Positions 57,313-62,097 of a stretch of 62,097 nt of DNA are shown one piece after another (the first letter of the stretch is position 1; every line of letters begins with the position of its first letter). A program made the translations under genes and the position numbers. Source of the DNA: an uncultured Wohlfahrtiimonas sp. (lineage in GTDB: Bacteria > Pseudomonadota > Gammaproteobacteria > Cardiobacteriales > Wohlfahrtiimonadaceae); assembly GCA_947631095.1 (NCBI GenBank), contig CANRJX010000001.1:1-62097 (forward strand). The letters are read 5' to 3'. The notes under the pieces are model-generated. The model was not told the origin of the DNA. It saw only the letters and a list, made by a program, of their open reading frames with translations, and made no database searches.

Positions 57313-59118
57313 TTATGATAAAGGCCACACCCAGAGAAGGGCAGGTGTAACCGTTAATAGAATTAATATATCTAATATTAGTCCAACGCGCCAATAATCA
57401 CTAAATTGATAGCCAGCAGGCCCCATAACTAGTGTATTTGAGTGATGACCGATCGGTGTATTAAATGTGCAAGAGCTCGCAATAGCAACACCCATAAGAT
57501 ATGCATCAGGATTATGATTGAGTTGTTGCGATACGCCATAAGCAATAGGGCACATGATCATAGCAGCAGCTGAACTATTAATAACATCTGTCATGATCAT
57601 TGTAATGAGTAATATGGTGCCAATAATTAAATAATCAGGTAGATCTCCAATGTAGCTGACTAGTTTTCCAGCCAATATTTCTGTTGCACCTGTTTGTTGA
57701 AGGGCAACGCCCACTGTAATAAAGCAACCAAGCAACATTAATAATGGACCTTCTTGGCTGGTATAAACATCACGAATCGGAAGAAGTTTAAAAATTACTA
57801 ATAAAAATACTGCTAATGGAAAGCTTATTTGTGGTGGCAATGTTTGAGTAGCCACCAAGATGATTGAACCAATAAAAATTAAAACAGTTGGCAATAAGCG
57901 GTAGGATACTTTTAAGCTAATGTCTCGCTCAGCCAGCGGAAAGCAACCGAGATAACGAAGTGTATCTGGTAGCTCATCTGCATGTCCTTGAACCAATAAC
58001 ACATCACCAACTTTTAATTGTACGCGTGATAGGCGCTTTCTGATATTTTCGCCATGTCTCGCTACCCCAATGACATTTAAGCCAAATTTTTCACGAAATT
58101 GTAGTTCTAATAAAGTACGGTTATCCATTTGAGAACCTGGATTAATCACTACTTCTAAAACTTCTAGTTTATCGTGTGAAATATTTTTATTTGCACTACT
58201 GCGTGTTAAATTTAAGCCTGTTAATAATTCAAGCTGTTTAAGTTCTTCAGGCTGGCCTTCTAATAGTAATGTGTCATTGGCGCGGATCATTTCTTCTTGG
58301 CTTGGTGCAATAATTCTACGAGCACCTCGCAAAATCACGACAACTTTAACTAAGTTATCTGAAATTTTTTCAACGTCAGCGACAGTTTTTTCGACCAATC
58401 GATTATTGGGTTCTACTTTGGCTTCTAATAAATAATTATCTGTTGTGAATTTAACTTGTGTTGCTTCAGAACGACGATTTGGAATTAAACGCCAGCCTAA
58501 GACTGATAAATAAAACAGTCCTACGAAAGAAATGATTAAGCCTGTTGGTGTAAAGTCAAACATATTGAAAGCGCCTAAACCAATAGACTCTCTATAGTTG
58601 GCAACAATTAAGTTTGGAGGTGTGCCGATAACAGTAATTGTTCCACCAAGCAATGATGCGAATGCCATAGGCATTAATACTTTAGCTGGCTGAATATCAT
58701 AGCGTTGGCAGAGTTGAATGGCGATCGGCATGATTAGAGCAAGTGCGCCAACGTCATTCATAAATGCAGAGAAAAAAGCAACTAATGCTGCCAATGTAAA
58801 AACTAATAGGGATGGGCTACCTGAGAAATAGCTTAGGCGTTTTGATAAATGATAAGTAATGCCTGTTTTACCAATTGCATGGCTTAATACTAAGACGGAT
58901 GCAACACTAATCACAGCAGGGTGACTAAAACCGTCAAAAGCTTCTCTAATTGGGATAATGCCTGAAATGACTAAAGCTAATAATGCCCCTAAGGCAACAA
59001 AATCATAACGGATTTTCCCAATTAAAAAAGCAATGAATGCAAAAATTAAAACAGCTAAAGAAAAAAGCTGTTCGTTGGTTAAAAAAGATATCAGTTGAAT
59101 ATTGATATAATCGAGCAT
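57313..59118 (-). CDS. SLC13/CitMHS-type permease with two TrkA-C (RCK-C) domains
   Basis: GFSHPAV, SAFMND, GGTITVIGTPPNL, two soluble TrkA-C segments, FNTPIGH..N..V.GPAGY.FSDY. Confidence 0.9.
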   Translation of the reverse strand: MLDYINIQLISFLTNEQLFSLAVLIFAFIAFLIGKIRYDFVALGALLALVISGIIPIREAFDGFSHPAVISVASVLVLSHAIGKTGITYHLSKRLSYFSGSPSLLVFTLAALVAFFSAFMNDVGALALIMPIAIQLCQRYDIQPAKVLMPMAFASLLGGTITVIGTPPNLIVANYRESIGLGAFNMFDFTPTGLIISFVGLFYLSVLGWRLIPNRRSEATQVKFTTDNYLLEAKVEPNNRLVEKTVADVEKISDNLVKVVVILRGARRIIAPSQEEMIRANDTLLLEGQPEELKQLELLTGLNLTRSSANKNISHDKLEVLEVVINPGSQMDNRTLLELQFREKFGLNVIGVARHGENIRKRLSRVQLKVGDVLLVQGHADELPDTLRYLGCFPLAERDISLKVSYRLLPTVLIFIGSIILVATQTLPPQISFPLAVFLLVIFKLLPIRDVYTSQEGPLLMLLGCFITVGVALQQTGATEILAGKLVSYIGDLPDYLIIGTILLITMIMTDVINSSAAAMIMCPIAYGVSQQLNHNPDAYLMGVAIASSCTFNTPIGHHSNTLVMGPAGYQFSDYWRVGLILDILILLTVTPALLWVWPLS

Positions 59119-59126
59119 AACACTTC

Positions 59127-61208
59127 CTATAATAGGCGTTTTTGTATTAAACGATATTGAACAGAAGTTTCAGGGTTGATCACATTTTTTTGATGATATT
59201 CACCAGTATCACCATCTAAGCACCACGCAGTTTCATCTTCTAAACTTAGTAACAGTCCTTCTTCAATGACTTGCTGTTTGATATCTTTATCAAAAAGAGG
59301 AACAGCAATTTCAATGCGTCTAAAAAAGTTACGATTCATCCAGTCAGCACTCGATAGGTATGTATGTTCTTGTCCTGCGTGGTAGAAATAGTAAACACGA
59401 GAATGTTCTAAAAATCTACCCACAATGGAGCGAATACGAATATTTTCAGATAAACCTGGAATGCCAGGTTTTAAAGCACATGCACCACGCACGATAAGAT
59501 CAATTTGAACGCCAACTTGTGATGCATTATACAATGCTGTGATTAAAATTGGCTCCATTAATGCATTCATGCGCGCTATAATTTGACCTTTTCTACCTTC
59601 TTTAGCCTCATTCATTTCAAATTCAATTTCCTCGAGTAAACGATCGATGAAATTAAAGGGCGCTTGCCAAATTGTAGACAGTGATGGAACTTTTGCTAAG
59701 CTTGAAAGATTTAAAAATATTTCAGAAATACTTGCTGTGATCTCTTTATGAGAAGTCAGTAAGCTGAAATCTGTATATAGTCTCGCATTACCTTGATGGT
59801 AATTGCCAGTACCGATATGGGCATAACGACGAAGATATTGTTCGCCTAAGTAATTGACTTCTTCGCGCACGATTAATAGCATTTTTGCATGTGTTTTGTA
59901 ACCAAAAACACCATAGACGATTTTAATACCAGCATCTTCTAAGCGAGAGGCCCAAGATAAGTTGGTTGCTTCATCAAAGCGAGCCATTAACTCAACAACA
60001 ACATTTACTTCTTTACCTTGTCTGGCTGCTTTTACGAGCAACTCCATTAACTCTGAATCATCGCCTGTTCTGTAAACAGTCATTCGAATGACACGAACAT
60101 CTGGGTCTTGAACAGCTTCACGTAAAAAATCAGTCACAGGAGAGAAGCGATCATAAGGATGATGCAATAGCACATCTTTATGATTAATCTCATCAAAAAC
60201 TGACGTGCGATTTGTCCAGCGTAAAGGTATATGCTTTTTAATTGGTAAGAATGTTAAATGTGGTCTGTCATCGATATAATCGAGAATGTTATAAATTTGT
60301 GAAAAATCAAAATGATACTCTGTAGAGTATAAATCTTCGGATGAAAGATTAAATTCTTTTAATAGAAGATTGGTTAAGTGTGCAGGGCAGTTGGATTCAA
60401 TTTCTAATCTAACAGCGTGACCAAAGCCACGTTGTTTTAACTCTCCGCGCAATGCTTGATGTAAATTCGTTAGCTCTTCTTTATCAATGTATAAATGGCT
60501 ATTTCGAGTCACTCTAAATTGATATAGCCCAGAAATGGATAACTCAGGGAAAATATCTGCGATGAATGCCTCGATGACATCCTGAATCGTTGTGAATTGT
60601 ACTTCACCTGCAGCCGACGGAAGTTCAATAATATGTGGTAAATTTTCTGGAATGGGTAGAATCGCTGTATCAATATTTCTTCCATAAGCATCCACACCTT
60701 TGAGATCTACAATAAAATTAAGAGATTTATTGGTAATGTGTGGAAATGGATGAGCTAAATCTAAAGCGATCGGTGTAAATACCGGCAGCATATTTTGAGT
60801 GAATAAATGATAAAGCCAGTCTTTTTGTTCAGCATTCCATTCTGTATTTTTTAATAGAGTAATATTTTCGTGTTTTAGCTGCGGTAACAGCTCATCAAAG
60901 AAAATTCTGTATTGATCCTCGGTAATTTTTAATGCATAAGCTTGAATGCTTAAGCGCCATTCACTTGCCGTTTGGTTTTCGATACGTTCAAGACCAGATT
61001 GAATTTGTTCTTGCATATTCGCCATGCGAACTTCGAAGAACTCATCTAAATTGCGTGAAACAATCGCAATGAATTTTAAACGCTCAAGCAATGGCAGATC
61101 AGTATTTTTTGCTTGTGCAAGTACGCGTTCTTGGAAAGCAAGAATAGATCGCTCACGATTAATGAGTGGAACTGTATGTGGGGTTAACAGTGTTAACGAA
61201 GAGTCCAC
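59127..61208 (-). CDS. ppk1: Polyphosphate kinase 1
   Basis: INRERS, NLDEFFEVR, HPFP, LLHHPY, ELMARFDE, KTHAK, GTGNY, GRFLEHSR, SSADWM.RN. Confidence 0.97.
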   Translation of the reverse strand: MDSSLTLLTPHTVPLINRERSILAFQERVLAQAKNTDLPLLERLKFIAIVSRNLDEFFEVRMANMQEQIQSGLERIENQTASEWRLSIQAYALKITEDQYRIFFDELLPQLKHENITLLKNTEWNAEQKDWLYHLFTQNMLPVFTPIALDLAHPFPHITNKSLNFIVDLKGVDAYGRNIDTAILPIPENLPHIIELPSAAGEVQFTTIQDVIEAFIADIFPELSISGLYQFRVTRNSHLYIDKEELTNLHQALRGELKQRGFGHAVRLEIESNCPAHLTNLLLKEFNLSSEDLYSTEYHFDFSQIYNILDYIDDRPHLTFLPIKKHIPLRWTNRTSVFDEINHKDVLLHHPYDRFSPVTDFLREAVQDPDVRVIRMTVYRTGDDSELMELLVKAARQGKEVNVVVELMARFDEATNLSWASRLEDAGIKIVYGVFGYKTHAKMLLIVREEVNYLGEQYLRRYAHIGTGNYHQGNARLYTDFSLLTSHKEITASISEIFLNLSSLAKVPSLSTIWQAPFNFIDRLLEEIEFEMNEAKEGRKGQIIARMNALMEPILITALYNASQVGVQIDLIVRGACALKPGIPGLSENIRIRSIVGRFLEHSRVYYFYHAGQEHTYLSSADWMNRNFFRRIEIAVPLFDKDIKQQVIEEGLLLSLEDETAWCLDGDTGEYHQKNVINPETSVQYRLIQKRLL

Positions 61209-61294
61209 AGCAAACCTACTTATATAGTAAATAAAGATGGTTATTGTAGCTCACAAAGTCCCTTTTTTCTATTTGAATTCAAACAGCAGATAAG

Positions 61295-61322
61295 AAAAAA
61301 GCACAGATTTCTGTGCTTTTTT
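61295..61322 (-). terminator. Terminator after the rne-like gene
   Basis: A6-GCACAGA-tt-TCTGTGC-T6. Confidence 0.85.
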
Positions 61323-61329
61323 ATATTAC

Positions 61330-62097
61330 TTATTTTTGTTCTGGTGTTTCATCTTCAAGAATAATTTTAAAGCTGCGTGATGCATTTTTACTTTCTTCTT
61401 CGTTTGAGATGATTTGTGGTTTAATTACAATTTCATCATCAGCGATTAAGATCTGCTTAGCAGGCACAGAACGATCTTTAACTTTTGGAGTATGTAGATG
61501 TTGTTGGATAACAATTTCATCTGATCCTGTTTCTGTTGATTGTTCCTTATGCTCTTTAACATCAGTTATAGTTTCATGCTCTATAACAGCGTTAACGATT
61601 TCAACCTCAGGCTCTGCGGTAACGGTGACATTATTCTCGTTAGTTGTAGGTTGTGTATCTACAATCTCTAACTCTTCTACTGTAACTTTTGGAGCTTCTG
61701 GTTTCTGTGATTCAACCACTTCATTAACTTCGTTGATTGTTTCTATCACGATCTCTTTTTCATCTTCTTTTGAGTGTTGTTCAGTCGACTCAACTTTAGG
61801 AGCATGAATGATTACAGCTTCTTCTGACGGTTCTGGTTTCACAATTACTTCTTGTTGGATCACAATTTCAGGTTCAGCTTGTTTTTCTTCAGGAACAGTA
61901 ATGCTAATTTCTTCTGCCACTACTTCAACAGGCTTTGTAGTGATATTAGTTTCTGTTTCTGTCGCTTTTAATGCATTCATTTCTTCTTCTGAGATGCGTT
62001 TGCGACCCTTACGAATTTTACGCTTACGAGTTTCACCATTGACTTCAACTTCTATAAATTCAGGTTTTGGTGTTACTGCTGTAACTTTAACCGGAGC
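61330..62097 (-). CDS. 3' end of a large protein with a disordered acidic tail; probably the RNase E C-terminal scaffold (truncated by window edge)
   Basis: Frame is open to the window edge (APVKVTAVTPKPEFIEVEVNGETRKRKIRKGRKRISEEEMNAL...); Arg/Lys patch followed by E/V/T/P-rich low complexity; no catalytic domain visible. Confidence 0.5.
   Translation of the reverse strand, partial: APVKVTAVTPKPEFIEVEVNGETRKRKIRKGRKRISEEEMNALKATETETNITTKPVEVVAEEISITVPEEKQAEPEIVIQQEVIVKPEPSEEAVIIHAPKVESTEQHSKEDEKEIVIETINEVNEVVESQKPEAPKVTVEELEIVDTQPTTNENNVTVTAEPEVEIVNAVIEHETITDVKEHKEQSTETGSDEIVIQQHLHTPKVKDRSVPAKQILIADDEIVIKPQIISNEEESKNASRSFKIILEDETPEQK

Noticed and set aside
57281-57394. N-terminal extension of the aminotransferase overlapping the permease
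   Set aside because: Homology begins at MNVF (57280), which has an AAGGA RBS; the extension is an ORF-caller artefact. The same applies to the extended starts given for acuI, rppH, mipA and coaX.
906-61227. Numerous 60-140 aa ORFs nested in or antisense to housekeeping genes
   Set aside because: They lie fully inside well-supported CDSs, have no recognisable motifs, and are expected from codon bias.
61313-61807. 164-aa plus-strand ORF
   Set aside because: Antisense shadow of the low-complexity minus-strand CDS; Ser/Val/Cys-rich with no RBS.
1-62097. CRISPR arrays, tRNA/rRNA genes, IS or prophage genes, Neisseria/Haemophilus-type DNA uptake sequences
   Set aside because: No regularly spaced repeats, cloverleafs, transposase or integrase ORFs, or recurring uptake motifs were seen by eye; intergenic inverted repeats differ from each other and are explained as terminators.

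Overview
This is a core-genome window from an AT-rich gammaproteobacterium. The protein style and rearranged gene order suggest a Wohlfahrtiimonas/Ignatzschineria-like lineage, but that is an unverified impression. It runs from the 3' part of rpoC through nusB, pilU, tcdA, gmk-rpoZ-spoT, a CHASE2 kinase, roxA, rpsO-pnp, rppH-cysZ, a bacterioferritin pair, gyrA, marC-MATE, nnr-tsaE, apbC-dcd-map-ubiH-ubiI-zapA, moaC, yceD-rpmF-plsX-fabH-fabD, priA, birA-coaX, aspC and ppk1, ending in the 3' end of a probable rne. I saw no rRNA, tRNA, CRISPR array, IS element or prophage. The best leads are: (1) an ~83-nt minus-strand sRNA (26919-27001) with its own sigma70 promoter, tandem CUCCUCC anti-Shine-Dalgarno motifs and a terminator, upstream of the bfr pair; (2) a 57-aa six-cysteine protein (16004-16177) with a zinc-ribbon-like N-terminus and a ribonucleotide-reductase-like C-terminal tail; (3) two tandem ~600-aa secreted paralogs of unknown function directly after it; (4) a 31-aa membrane peptide after aspC; (5) a ZapB-like protein expanded by six 11-residue repeats. 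Items 1, 2 and 4 are not in the ORF track. All family assignments come from motif recognition by eye; no database search was run.
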